A stretch of 64,000 nt of DNA, taken from NCBI GenBank assembly GCA_964016885.1, contig OZ024755.1, forward strand, positions 2,356,001 through 2,420,000. Direction: 5' to 3'. The translations under genes were made by a program, and so were the position numbers. The notes under the pieces were generated by a model, which had not been told where the DNA came from, made no database searches, and saw only the letters and a list, made by a program, of their open reading frames with translations. This DNA is from Eledone cirrhosa. Its lineage: Eukaryota. The number at the start of each line of letters is the position of its first letter. Within the stretch, counting starts at the first letter, position 1. Shown in pieces: positions 1 to 14,005 of the stretch.

Positions 1-56
1 TGATTTGCACTCACACACTTGGTAAAACCGTTTTTTTTTCTACAAAGATGTGAACG

Positions 57-59
<3 letters not shown>

Positions 60-104
<45 letters not shown>

Positions 105-229
105 GTTATAGTCTGATCCACACACTCACGTACGCATATACATACACACATTGACGTATTTGTACATTTCATCATATCTTAAATAAACACACCATCTTTC
201 CACCTCACTATCTAATATACACTATTGCT

Positions 230-272
<43 letters not shown>

Positions 273-690
273 CTTCTCACATATACATATCTAGATACAC
301 ACACATACATCTATCTTCTCACATATACATATCTAGACACACACATCTAGCTTCTCACATATACATACACATACAAATTCAAATAAGATTTTAGATAGGC
401 TCATTGACACTAGCATTGGACAAGAACACATACATACACACACATACATACACACACATACATACACACACATACATACACTTACACACATTTACATATA
501 TAAAAATACATATACAAACTCACATTGATACAACTTACTCATTTTCATGAATAAAGTCTCTCTCCCACTGACACACACACACTGACACACTCACATACAC
601 ACTGACACACACACACACTCTGACAAGCTCACATACACACTGACACACACACACTGACACACACACTGACAAGCTCACACACACAGGTCA
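60..690. repeat. (CA)n microsatellites and CA-rich low-complexity sequence
   Basis: Pure (CA)n at ~60-102 and ~232-268, with degenerate cacacactga units after. Confidence 0.9.
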
Positions 691-764
691 GTATTCTACA
701 TAAATATTCACATGTGTTTACTTTATGCCGTCACCATATGTAATAATTTCCACAAACACACTCT

Positions 765-1212
765 CATATATACACACTCTCATATATACACACTCTCATG
801 TATACACACTCTCATGTATACACACTCTCATGTATACACACTCTCATGTATACACACTCTCATATACACACACTCTCATATATACACACTCTCATGTATA
901 CACACTCTCATGTATACACACTCTCATATATACACACTCTCATGCATACACTCTCATGTATACACACTCTCATGTATACACACTCTCATGTATACACACT
1001 CTCATATATACACACTCTCATATATACACAGTCTCATATACACACACTCTCATGTATACACACTCTCATGTATACACACTCTCATGTATACACACTCTCA
1101 TATACACACACTCTCATATATACACACTCTCATGTATACACACTCTCATGTGTATATACACACCCTCATGTATATACACACTCTCATGTATACACACTCT
1201 CATGTATACACA
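765..1212. repeat. Minisatellite, 16-18 bp unit (ctctcatgtatacaca)
   Basis: Directly visible tandem units; they explain the HTLMY/YTLSC ORFs. Confidence 0.95.
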
Positions 1213-1308
1213 CAGCCCCCCCCCCCCCCCCCAAGAGTACTTTTACAAGGCGGTACAAGACCCTTTTTGGGGCCCCGAAGTAGGTAAAGATTTTTCTCAA
1301 AATGGCTA

Positions 1309-1425
1309 TACACACGTTATCACACCTGTGATATATAGAGGATACACACACACACGTTATCACACCTACTGTGATATATAGAGGATACACACACACGTTA
1401 TCACACCTACTGTGATATATAGAGG
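1309..1425. repeat. Three copies of a ~40 bp unit (acacgttatcacacctactgtgatatatagagg)
   Basis: Tandem copies, each with a small tatcaca/tgtgata inverted repeat. Confidence 0.85.
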
Positions 1426-1499
1426 CCTTCACACGCAGATAAGTAGCCGCAGACTGATACCTTAACACACACACACATACATACATATATACATACATA

Positions 1500-2460
1500 C
1501 ATACATACATACTAACAAGTATATACACACATACATACTAACAAGTGTATATACACACATACTAACAAGTGTATATACACACACACATACTAACAAGTGT
1601 ATATACACACAAATATACAAACATACATACTAACAAGTGTATATACAAACATACATACTAACAAGTGTATATACACACAAACATACTAACAAGTGTATAT
1701 ACACACAAACATACTAACAAGTGTATATACACACAAACATACTAACAAGTGTATATACACACAAACATACTAACAAGTGTATATACACACAAACATACTA
1801 ACAAGTGTATACACACAAACATACTAACAAGTGTATACACACAAACATACTAACAAGTGTATATACACACAAACATACTAACAAGTGTATATACACACAA
1901 ACATACTAACAAGTGTATATACACACACACATACTAACAAGTGTATATACACACAAATATACAAACATACATACTAACAAGTGTATATACAAACATACAT
2001 ACTAACAAGTGTATATACACACACACATACTAACAAGTGTATATACACACAAACATACTAACAAGTGTATATACACACAAACATACTAACAAGTGTATAT
2101 ACACACAAACATACTAACAAGTGTATATACACACAAACATACTAACAAGTGTATACACACACAAACATACTAACAAGTGTATATACACACAAACATACTA
2201 ACAAGTGTATATACACACAAACATACTAACAAGTGTATATACACACAAACATACTAACAAGTGTATATACACACAAACATACTAACAAGTGTATATACAC
2301 ACATACATACTAACAAGTGTATATATACACATACATACTAACAAGTGTATATATACACATACATACTAACAAGTGTATATATACACACATACATACTAAC
2401 AAGTGTATATATACACACATACATACTAACAAGTGTATATACACACACACATACATACTA
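1500..2460. repeat. Minisatellite, ~28 bp unit (acatactaacaagtgtatatacacacaa)
   Basis: More than 30 near-identical tandem units. Confidence 0.95.
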
Positions 2461-3238
2461 ACATACACATACAGAGCAGTAAAACAGTAGCCAAGCAAGA
2501 ACCTTGCTGTTTAGCATCAACAGTCAGTCGCACCTACTACTACTACTATCACCACCTCCTCTACGTACTACCACCCCACTACCTCTACTACTACTACTAC
2601 TCCCTCCCACCACCATATTATTAGTTTAGGTCTTGTAAGTAACCCAGCTTAGCTGTCAGCGAGAAAAGTCACCGGTTTAAGAGAAACAACTTTAGTCAGT
2701 CTTACAGGAAAAAAAGACATTTACAAAAAGTTTATTTAAAGTTTGGACGCCCACCGTTCTGGACTAAAGGGGTGGCTTTCTCGTTCTGGCTTTAGTTAAA
2801 AGTTATTTATTGAATTATCAAGACGAAAGGATATATAAAAAAGTCTTTTTTTTTTTTTAATCACCCCCTTAAAATCTTATCAAATCAATAGTCGAAAATC
2901 GGAGATTCACAAAACCATTTGGAGGATATTATAATATATTTTACCTATTAACTTGTTTTGGGATTTACCGCGTTGCTGATGTGTTTTATGTGTGAGTAGA
3001 CAAGATATAAAATTGTTTATTTTACTGTGTTTTTTAAAAATATATTATTTATTAGATTCGAAAGTAGAGAAATTAAGTTTTTAATTACATATAACTGTAC
3101 TTGATTTAGGAATTCCTTAATCAAGCACATATACACCTATATATACATACACACACACCTCTATATATATACATATACATTTAGGAATTCCTTGATCAAG
3201 CACACACACACACACACCTATATATACATACACACGCC

Positions 3239-3341
<103 letters not shown>

Positions 3342-3648
3342 GAACATGTGAAAATAATATCTTTTTTTCGTTGTTTTAAGCAGTTATTGATGAAATTATT
3401 TCTTTTGTGAAAGTAAGTTTTCTTTTTATTGAATCTACTCTAAATGTTTGTAGTATTGTTAAAGTTTGTCTTCGATTAAACTTATTGGTTATAGATTGAA
3501 AATGCCTGTAATTTAAACTCAATCGAACGTCTGTGTGTGTGTGTGTGTGCGCGCGTGTATGTATATATATATATTGAGAGATCGATCGATTAACACATGC
3601 ACATAACTGTACATACACTATATATATATATACACACATACATATATA

Positions 3649-3722
3649 CAGGATGTCCCCAAAAATGTATACTCATTTCAACATTCTAATCAAAGTGTGT
3701 ATACATTTTTTGAGACACCCTG
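3649..3722. mobile_element. Tc1/mariner-type MITE, ~75 bp
   Basis: TIRs caggatgtccccaaaaatgtata / tatacattttttgagacaccctg, TA on the left. Homologous copies at 18321, 20777 and 49475. Confidence 0.8.
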
Positions 3723-3739
3723 TGTGTGTATATGTAGAT

Positions 3740-3857
3740 TCCTGATTTGTGTCGGAGTAACCACAGTTAAAAAAAAAAAAGGTACTCAATACATTGGTAG
3801 AGTGTAAGCATCATTGTTGTATATGACTTGTACAGGACTAGAACTGTTTCATTCGAA
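3740..3857 (-). mobile_element. Short TA-associated repeat, family 2 (GAAACAGTTCTAGTCCTGTA...GTATTGAGTACC)
   Basis: Reverse-complement match to 4178-4295 and 17859-17988. Confidence 0.7.
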
Positions 3858-4177
3858 TGATATATATATATTTCTGAAGACAGCATATATATGTGTAGGT
3901 ATGTATATTCCCTCTGATAGTTTGTAAAACTTTTACATAGATCTATATGATATACATACCAACACACACATATATATCCTAGAAACGATCGTAAAATGAT
4001 GAATTTTTTAATATAAAGAACTGTTTCTTTGTTTTTATTAATTTATATATATATATATATAATCATACGAATTGCTCATTAAGTATTTTAATAATCAGTA
4101 TGCTACATACATACATACACATAATTTATGTATGGATTACGGGTATATATACATGTAGTGTACATGATTATTTCTAA

Positions 4178-4294
4178 AGAATGAAACGGTTCTAGTCCTG
4201 TAGAATCTCATCTATATTAAAACTTTTATAATCTGCAATGTATTGAGTACCTTGCTTACTGTGGTTACCTCCGATTCAACCCGGAATAACGTAC

Positions 4295-4295
<1 letters not shown>
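4178..4295 (+). mobile_element. Short TA-associated repeat, family 2
   Basis: aatgaaacggttctagtcctgtagaa...gtattgagtacctt...ctgtggttac...cgattcaacccgg followed by (TA)n; matches 17859-17988. Confidence 0.75.
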
Positions 4296-4333
<38 letters not shown>

Positions 4334-4464
4334 TGCAAGTAAAAAGAAAGGCACTTTTATCAATATACCACTCAACTCTTGTCTGTCCTAACTTCTACTT
4401 TTCTACTTAGGAAATAAATTTAAACTACTTATATTCTGTTAATGTTTTAAGTGTGTGTATAAAG

Positions 4465-4623
4465 AATTGTTTCTACTTTTGGCACAAGGCCAGCAAACAC
4501 CAAGTACATTACTGGTACTTTATTTTATCGACCCCGTAAGGATGAAAGGCAAAGTTAACCTCGGCGGGATTTGAACTCAAATCGTAAAGGGACGTAACTA
4601 TGGTGGAAAGCATGCCCGACCCT
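4465..4623 (-). mobile_element. tRNA-derived SINE family A (Nin/Deu-like central domain)
   Basis: Reverse complement of gagttcaaatcccgccgaggttaactttgcctttcatccttacggggtcgataaaataaagtaccag...gtagaaacaatt. Confidence 0.9.
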
Positions 4624-5094
4624 GTATATATAATATATATGTGTATAATATATATATTATATATATATATATTATACACACATGCTGTTACAATTCAGTG
4701 TAAAATTACTTGATAACTTTAGTTTATTAACCGCGATAGATAGATAGATGGGATAATACCAGTTTTAAAAACTATTATTGAACTGCGTATTCGATACTTG
4801 GGATAATAGTGTATATATATATATAGTGAAAGAGTGAAGAATGACATGGTTGGCTGTACAAAAAGGGTTTTATTTACAGTATTAACAATAGTTATATATA
4901 TATATATATATTGTATTAGTTCTTCCATGTTTTCCTCACACGCCTTTACTTTATTTTTTCTAAGCAACGGAACTAAAAATAAATTCAGACAAAAATAATT
5001 CAATCCTAATTTTAGTTAAATACCATAAATATTAAAGTAGTTAAACACAACAGTATTTTATGTCGCTTATGACAATACAAATCTTGTTAATAAT

Positions 5095-5286
5095 TTACTT
5101 TTCTACTTTTGGCACAAGGCCAGCAATTAAATTCCAGTGCATTACTGGTACTTTATTTTATCGACCCCGTAAGGATGAAAGGCAAAGTTAATCTCGGCGG
5201 GATTTGAACTCTGACCGTAAAGGGCCGTAACTCTATGCTGCGAAGTATATTGTCCGACGCTCTACCGTTTCTGCCAATCCACTACC
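5095..5286 (-). mobile_element. Full-length SINE family A with TSD
   Basis: A box TGGCAGAAACGG and B box GAGTTCAAATCC on the minus strand; direct repeat caaatcttgttaataat at 5078-5094 and 5287-5303. Confidence 0.92.
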
Positions 5287-5453
5287 CAAATCTTGTTAAT
5301 AATAACAACCAACTTTATAATATAACAGCATAACTCGTATGTGAGAAATATCTCGTTTTATTCTCAGAAGAGAAAAAGGTATTAGTCATTTATTAAAGCT
5401 TTTTGGACTGTTGCTGTTGTTTCTGGAGCATCGTGTCGAGTTTTTACCACACG

Positions 5454-6432
<979 letters not shown>

Positions 6433-6462
6433 TAAATGAAGACGTTCACATAATCAAAATAT

Positions 6463-6532
6463 ATGTTTTATTATATATATTTCGGAGGTACTGTGCTGTT
6501 TTTTCAGTACGTCCTCATCAGATAAAATACAT
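6463..6532 (-). ncRNA. Type I hammerhead ribozyme motif in a TA-flanked element (~6430-6670)
   Basis: Minus strand reads ttttat CTGATGA ggacgtactg-aaaaaacagca-cagtacctcc GAAA tatata TA ataaaa. Stems I and II pair; stem III is palindromic. Confidence 0.85.
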
Positions 6533-6668
6533 GAATTGATGTATGACATACCTCAACTGTCTTGATGGTTCAATTCCAGTATTGGCATTCTCTGTATTCT
6601 TTGTAGTGCTTTTAATCTATTGTAAAACTATATTCATTGAGTAATCAATGAACCATATTAATCTTTGG

Positions 6669-6705
<37 letters not shown>

Positions 6706-6707
<2 letters not shown>

Positions 6708-6812
6708 CTCACTCACTCACTCACCCACTCACTCACCCACCTACTCACTCACCCACCCACTCACTCACTCACTCACTCACTCACTCACTCACTCACTCAC
6801 TCACTCACTCAC
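6706..6812. repeat. (CACT)n tetranucleotide repeat
   Basis: Visible tandem units. Confidence 0.95.
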
Positions 6813-7059
6813 CTGCTGTACTTTAGTGTTATAGTGACTTTTGTGGTAGTTACACACTTAACTAATATATATATAGTTATGTGTGTATACATAGTATGTA
6901 TATATATATATATATGTGTATATATATATATACTACTGTATGTCTGTATACATATATGTATGTACATATACATATATTTAAGTATCAGCCGTACTAAGAG
7001 TGAGAAATGAAATTTCATTTTTTCTATTTATACATAGTATATATATACATATATACATA

Positions 7060-7097
<38 letters not shown>

Positions 7098-7716
7098 ATA
7101 TGTATCGAGTATTTTGATTTGTGCTCTCTCGTCCCCGTACCACACACTATCAATGCGTGTGTGTGTGTATATATATATATGTAATATACGTGTGCTTCCC
7201 TGCGTCTGTTAACTGGCACATGTTTACATGAGACAATCAAGCCTTAATCTATATGACATGGATTCTATGCAAGTACGTTATAAACATATATACACCCTCA
7301 TCTCAACTTTTATACGTTCTCTTACTCATGTATACATATTGATGTGGTTTACTTCCAGCTTAGCTATGTTCGGAGCCTTTCCTACCACACAGTGCTGGAC
7401 TGACCAATACGCCCCGGGCCACACACCCTTGGAGGCCTTATATTTTTAAAATGTTTTTTTTTTTTTAATTCTATTAGTTTTTATTCTCTAACACTAAATC
7501 ATCAAAAATGTTATATATATATATATATATATAGAAGTACTGGGTATATATATATATACACACAGAAATAGTGGGCCGGACTTTCGGCTGCTGGGGACCT
7601 AAGCTATATGAAATTTTAGGTCCTTTTCTAAAGGGATTAAGGTCACTTTCTTACACTTACTGACACTGAAATAACCTTTTAAATATATAATTGTTTCCAA
7701 CAATGGCACGAGGAGA

Positions 7717-8005
7717 GGGGTAGGTGGATGGCCTAAAGGTAAGGGTGTTTGACTTACTATCATAATGTCGTAGGTTCAATTCCTGGACCGAGTTGTGTGT
7801 GCTGTTCTTGAGCAAAATATTTCATTTGACGTTGCTCCAGTATATTCAGCTGGAAATAAGTACCTGCAATAGCTTGGGGGATAAACTCTGCGATGGACTG
7901 GTGTCCTGTCCAGGGAGTGGGGTATCTTGTGCGCTCAGTTGCTTCACATCACTGAAATGGGGATAAGTTCCGGTCTGATAAGCCTCGGGGCTTGAGACAG
8001 ACTTT
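7717..8005 (+). mobile_element. Diverged tRNA-derived SINE with CORE-like body
   Basis: B box ggttcaattcc, body ttcttgagcaaaatatttcatttgacgttgctccag, tail gataagttccggtctgataagcctcggggcttgagacagacttta. Confidence 0.7.
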
Positions 8006-8029
8006 AGGGGCATGAGGTGTTGGGTGGGG

Positions 8030-8570
8030 CAGTCAATTGTATCAACTCGGTACTTGACAGGTATTTTATTAAACCCCTCTCTCTCCTTGGGAATGAAAGG
8101 TAAAGTTAACTGCGGCGGGATTTGAACTCACAAAACATGAAGTTCCGTAACAAAATACACACAAGGCGTGTTATCTGACGCTCTACCGATTCTGCCAGTA
8201 AACCATCCTTACTACACACATTTTTTTTTTTTTTTTTTTTTTTTTTCATGAGAATGGAGTCTCGCATTTTGGCAAAAAGAAGACAGCGGGTTGGATCACC
8301 CCCAGAAAGATTTGAACACAGAACACAAAGGGATGTAACAGTAACTAAACACTAAAGTTTGTTGGTTCAACAACATATCTGAAAATAATGCTTTCTACTT
8401 TAGGCCAACAAGTTTTGGGGGAAAGGAGAAGTCGATGAAATCGACCCTAGTGCATTACTGGTACTTTATTTTATCGACCCCGTAAGGATGAAAGGCAAAG
8501 CTAACCTGGGCGGAATTTGAACTCAGAACGTAAATGGCCGTAACTCTATGCCAATCTACCACCCGGATTC
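8030..8570 (-). mobile_element. Cluster of 2-3 SINE family A copies
   Basis: gatttgaactca and atgaaaggcaaag-type motifs at ~8090-8130, ~8310 and ~8455-8550. Confidence 0.8.
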
Positions 8571-8971
8571 CTAAGACGAGTTGAAAGCCACAAATTTGGT
8601 AAGATGTGTATACAAAGTAGATTTAAGATCTGGAATACTAATAAACGATAGGTTTGATACAAAATAGTTGAAACGACTCGTAGATGTGTTTGTTTTGTTT
8701 GTCTTTAATATGTTTGTAGAGAGATTCCTTCACAGAGGTTGACAAAGAAAACAACCTCCTCCATTATTCGTCCATAATCTGAGTCATAAAACGAAGATAG
8801 AAAATTAAAAACGTGATGTTTCATTCTCGATTAGAATTTAACCTGAATTGGTTGTCCACACGCACACACATCTGGATACATATGTATATACACACACACT
8901 CACACACACAGGTACGTACATAATCTCTATATACGTGTATATACAGATACGTGTGTGTGTGTGTGTATATA

Positions 8972-9078
8972 GAAAGAAGAGTAACATGGTTGGCTGTACA
9001 ATGAAACGACACAGTACAACGAAGAAATATATTAGTTTAACACTTGATGTAGTAGGAAAAGAGTCTTAACGTTTCGCA
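8972..9078 (-). mobile_element. TA-associated repeat ending in a half-hammerhead (CGAAACGTTAAGAC); same family as 62983-63103
   Basis: atatattagtttaacacttgatgtagtaggaaaagagtcttaacgtttcg aligns with 63030-63080. Confidence 0.65.
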
Positions 9079-9104
9079 CGTTTGGTATACCTGTATATAA
9101 TGTC

Positions 9105-9600
9105 AGGGTGACAGGTAATTGCAGAGTCACCCTATCAACTAATTGCTGGTACTTTATGTTCAGCTGAGTTTATTGGAACAACGTGAAATGAACTATTTTG
9201 CTCAAGAACATATAGCACACATCCCAGTCCGGGAATCAAACCCATGTTATTATGATCATAAGTCCAACACTCTTACTACTAAGCCACTCGCCTCCACGTT
9301 GTCGACCCCATAAGGATGAAAAGCAAAGCTGATCTCGGCGTGATTTGAACTCAGGAAGTAAAGGGGGGGGGGGCGTATTGGCATACGACGTTTCTAGGGC
9401 ATTTAATTTTAAAACCTGGCGGAGCCCATCTCCTCTCCAGGTTTTAATACAGCATATTTCTTGCAGAGTAGGAGGGAAAATAGATGTGAAAGAGATGTAG
9501 AGGAAGAATCGACGCCAGTACTTGACTGGTACTTTTTTTTATCGACCTCGAATGGATGAAAAGTAAAGTTGACCTCGGCAGGATTTGAACTCAGAGAAGA
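9105..9600 (-). mobile_element. SINE fragments (CORE-like copy at 9105-9295, family A pieces at 9300-9360 and 9500-9600)
   Basis: Reverse complement of the ggaggcgagtggcttagtag head and ttcttgagcaaaata body; gatttgaactcag motifs. Confidence 0.7.
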
Positions 9601-10968
9601 GAACCGAAATGAAAACCGCAAAACATTTAAAATCAAAGGAAATACATTGGATGTGTTCATCAGTACACTATATTTGAAAACAAGACAGGATGGACATGGC
9701 TGTAGCGCCATTGGTCATAGGTCTTTTGGAGCAATACTGACCTAAGGTTAAATAGCTATAGGCTCTGATAAAATAGGTTAAAATATCAATAGTGCGATGT
9801 CATTCATGTCTACTGTGTTAATGTAGGCGGTGTAGGTTTACTAGTGAGTTAAACCAGTGCCAAAATAAATAACCAACCAATAAACTACTAGATAGTCTAT
9901 TATAGTGAGTAAATATCTCGGCTGGGCTTCTCGCTTCATATTTGGCTTTAGTTGTTTTTTTTAATCTGAAATCATAAGCTGGAAACATTTTAAAAAAAAT
10001 AATATGCTCTGTCTCTCTTTGTCTCTCTCTCTCTCAGGACTGATACACATGTTATTATCTTCACCAATAGCTGACCCCGGGGGGATTTGAACGGCGGCAC
10101 TATGTCCGATCAGATTAAATTATTCAAAGTTTTCACAAATAAAGACACGAAAGGATTTAATAATATAACTTGTTTTTCATTATTAAGGTGTGATTGGATG
10201 AATTTGTTTCTCATATACACACAAGGCCAGTCATTTTCTTTTGTGGGAGATTTGATGGATGAAAGGCAAAGGTGACCTGAGAGTCGGGGATTTGAACTCA
10301 GAACGTAAAGGAACTGTAGCTATATGCTACAAAGATATTTTGTCCAACACTCCACCACCTCTACATAATTACTCTTGATAAGTTCGGGTGCAGGGGTGGG
10401 TAGAGTCCTCAAACATTCCTTCCAGCGGTTTCTGACAGTTGTAACTGTCGCCAATTAATCGGGCTGGATCCTTCAACGAGACTAACCGAACTCATGGATG
10501 TTAATGGTACTCGATAGTGCGTAGCCCCGTAGATCAGAGAGTCGGTCGCTACAGGTGGAGCCGCTACACCTGTGTATGATAAAACCAAAGATGCTTTCAG
10601 TTGCTTTGATATAGAAAGGAATTAACGTTAGACATTTTTTTCTTTTCTTTTTCGTTTGAGTAACCATTAAAAAAAAATGGGACACACCTTGATCTTCTAA
10701 CTTTCCAGCTAATCACTGCCGGATCAGTCATTTAAAAGTCGATGCATATCAATTAAAATATATCAGAAAGCACAGTAATTTGATAGATGAGTGACTCCAC
10801 TGATTCCAAGCAGTCAGCTCCTCCTCCTCCAACCTACAGTTCTTCTATTATATATATTAACTCACTTCAGCAAATTTGTATTCCACGCTTCAATGTTTTC
10901 CCTGCGTAAGCTACGAAACACACACACACACTCTCTCCTACTCACACACACACACACACACTCTCCTA

Positions 10969-11003
<35 letters not shown>

Positions 11004-11115
11004 ACACACACGCTCAGTTTGGACTCTAGACAGTCCAGATTCTGTCAAAAATACTGAACCATGGCCATGATCCATTGGATTGTATAGTACACACGCACGC
11101 ACACGTGTATATATA

Positions 11116-11312
11116 GGAAAAGAATCAGGACCCCGGCGGCTGAGCTCCGACCGTTTCCACAGCTAGATCCAAACTCTGATGTAGCTGTCGAAACGGTCGG
11201 AGCTCAGCCGCCGGGGTCCTGACTCTTTCCCCATTACCCTCTCTACTACCCTAAGTATCGAGTACTCTGGTGCCTTATGGTCCACCTTGTTCCTTACCAC
11301 ACTTCCTTCGTT
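11116..11312 (+). mobile_element. Fold-back element, family 1 (inverted arm + direct arm + tail), TA-flanked
   Basis: Arm 11116-11165 is a near-perfect reverse complement of 11182-11230. Tail ...aagtatcgagtactctg...cttccttcgtt, then (TA)n. Confidence 0.85.
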
Positions 11313-11330
11313 ATATATATATATATATAT

Positions 11331-11390
11331 CGGTCCAGAAATAGCCGTCGAAACGGCTTGAGCTCTGCCGTCGGGGTCATACTTTTTCCT
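11331..11390 (+). mobile_element. Solo arm of fold-back family 1
   Basis: gtccagaaatagccgtcgaaacggcttgagctctgccgtcggggtcatactttttcc between TA runs. Confidence 0.8.
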
Positions 11391-11645
11391 ATATATGTGT
11401 GTGTGTGTGTGTGTGTTTGCTAAGGTAACTAAATTGAATAACTATATGGCTTTTATCCCTACAATAAACAACTCTAATATAAATCTTAAACGAGTTATTT
11501 TTAGTATGAATAAATTATAGACACACATTGTTTTTTTTTCTTCTTTTTCCTGCGTGAAATATTTTAATTTTTTTCTGCTTTCATGCTTTTGATGATATGT
11601 ATAGGTTTAATATTGTATAATATATACCATATATATTTATATATA

Positions 11646-11790
11646 GGCGCATGGCTTAGTGGTTAGAGCATTGGGCTTGCAATCGAAAGGTTGTGACTTC
11701 AATTCTCGAACAGAGTGATGTGTTGTTTCCTTGAGCAAGACACTTTATTTCACGTTGCTCCAGTTTACTGAGCTGTAGAAATAAGATGAC
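11646..11790 (+). mobile_element. SINE family B head and CORE-like domain
   Basis: A box TGGCTTAGTGG; ccttgagcaagacactttatttcacgttgctccagtttact; matches 19559 and 48991. Confidence 0.85.
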
Positions 11791-11949
11791 AGGACTAAAT
11801 CACCCAAGACACCTCTAACGAGATATACCTTGGAGGAGGCCAGCTAAACCTGCATAGGTGTGAGCTGTCACACACACGCACGCACTTATACTTATATAGT
11901 AAGTTTTGAACTTTTAATGCACGTCCGATTTGAGACTGGTTTAGCTGTT

Positions 11950-12122
11950 AATAATTGTTTCTACGTTTGGCACAAGGTCAACAATTATCTCAGTGCATTA
12001 CTGGTACTTTATTTTATCGACCCAGTAAAGATGAAAGGCTAAGTTAACCTCGGCGAGATTTGAACTCAAAATGGCATGGACCGTAACTCTATGCGTGAAA
12101 GCATGGCGTCCGACCCTCTGGT
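11950..12122 (-). mobile_element. SINE family A
   Basis: Same motif set as 5095-5286. Confidence 0.88.
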
Positions 12123-12253
12123 TCATCGAGTTTGGGAAGACAATATTACGTGAAGTTTAAAAAGAAGGAAATATATATATTTACAAGTTTCATTGCCAGA
12201 AACAAATGTCTTTAGTTTTTTTCTGAACTTTGCTCCCCCTCCCCCTCTCCCTA

Positions 12254-13548
12254 TGTGTGGTCCAGTGTACCGTAACCAAGTGTCTCTCTCTGTGTGGTCC
12301 AGTGTACCGTAACCAAGTGTCTCTCTCTGTGTGGTCCAGTGTACCGTAGCCAAGTGTCTCTCTCTGTGTGGTCCAGTGTACCGTAGCCAAGTGTCTCTCT
12401 CTGTGTGGTCCAGTGTACCGTAGCCAAGTGTCTCTCTCTGTGTGGTCCAGTGTACCGTAGCCAAGTGTCTCTCTCTGTGTGGTCCAGTGTACCGTAGCCA
12501 AGTGTCTCTCTCTGTGTGGTCCAGTGTACCGTAGCCAAGTGTCTCTCTCTGTGTGGTCCAGTGTACCGTAGCCAAGTGTCTCTCTCTGTGTGGTCCAGTG
12601 TACCGTAGCCAAGTGTCTCTCTCTGTGTGGTCCAGTGTACCGTAGCCAAGTGTCTCTCTCTGTGTGGTCCAGTGTACCGTAGCCAAGTGTCTCTCTCTGT
12701 GTGGTCCAGTGTACCGTAGCCAAGTGTCTCTCTCTGTGTGGTCCAGTGTACCGTAGCCAAGTGTCTCTCTCTGTGTGGTCCAGTGTACCGTAACCAAGTG
12801 TCTCTCTCTGTGTGGTCCAGTGTACCGTAGCCAAGTGTCTCTCTCTGTGTGGTCCAGTGTACCGTAGCCAAGTGTCTCTCTCTGTGTGGTCCAGTGTACC
12901 GTAGCCAAGTGTCTCTCTCTGTGTGGTCCAGTGTACCGTAGCCAAGTGTCTCTCTCTGTGTGGTCCAGTGTACCGTAGCCAAGTGTCTCTCTCTGTGTGG
13001 TCCAGTGTACCGTAGCCAAGTGTCTCTCTCTGTGTGGTCCAGTGTACCGTAGCCAAGTGTCTCTCTCTGTGTGGTCCAGTGTACCGTAGCCAAGTGTCTC
13101 TCTCTGTGTGGTCCAGTGTACCGTAGCCAAGTGTCTCTCTCTGTGTGGTCCAGTGTACCGTAACCAAGTGTCTCTCTCTGTGTGGTCCAGTGTACCGTAG
13201 CCAAGTGTCTCTCTCTGTGTGGTCCAGTGTACCGTAGCCAAGTGTCTCTCTCTGTGTGGTCCAGTGTACCGTAGCCAAGTGTCTCTCTCTGTGTGGTCCA
13301 GTGTACCGTAGCCAAGTGTCTCTCTCTGTGTGGTCCAGTGTACCGTAGCCAAGTGTCTCTCTCTGTGTGGTCCAGTGTACCGTAGCCAAGTGTCTCTCTC
13401 TGTGTGGTCCAGTGTACCGTAGCCAAGTGTCTCTCTCTGTGTGGTCCAGTGTACCGTAACCAAGTGTCTCTCTCTGTGTGGTCCAGTGTGCCGTAGCCAA
13501 GTGTCTCTCTCTGTGTGGTCCAGTGTGCCGTAGCCAAGTGTCTCTCTC
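12254..13548. repeat. Homogeneous minisatellite, 37 bp unit x ~35 (gtgtggtccagtgtaccgtagccaagtgtctctctct)
   Basis: Near-perfect tandem array without spacers. Confidence 0.98.
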
Positions 13549-13642
13549 TATCAACCTATACTCTATATTTCACGCTAGCCGGAATGTAACGGTCGCCTGA
13601 CTTGTCAAAAGTTAGGCGTATAAGGTTTTTGTTGCCGTATTT

Positions 13643-14005
13643 AATGTAATGGGCCTCAGGTACCTAGTTAATAATGTAATGGGCCTCGGGTATCTAGTTA
13701 ATAATGTAATGGGCCTCGGGTACCTAGTTAATAATGTAATGGGCCTCGGGTACCTAGTTAATAATGTAATGGGCCTCGGGTATCTAGTTAATAATGTAAT
13801 GGGCCTCGGGTATCTAGTTAATAATGTAATGGACCTCGGGTACCTAGTTAATAATGTAATGGGCCTCGGGTACCTAGTTAATAATGTAATGGGCCTCGGG
13901 TATCTAGTTAATAATGTAATGGGCCTCGGGTATCTAGTTAATAATGTAATGGGCCTCGGGTACCTAGTTAATAATGTAATGGGCCTCGGGTATCTAGTTA
14001 ATAAT
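13643..14005. repeat. Minisatellite, 30 bp unit x ~12 (aataatgtaatgggcctcgggtayctagtt)
   Basis: Tandem units; source of the MGLGYLVNNV ORF. Confidence 0.97.

Noticed and set aside
7950-8005. Hammerhead-like ctgataag...
   Set aside because: No correctly placed GAAA or stems; it is a SINE tail.
10005-10040. Splice acceptor and exon start
   Set aside because: The pyrimidine tract is a CT microsatellite, and no credible exon or donor follows.
12123-13554. 428-454 aa ORFs, or a CRISPR-like 37-bp array
   Set aside because: Units are head-to-tail with no unique spacers and no cas genes. The ORFs are open in all three minus frames because the unit lacks stops.
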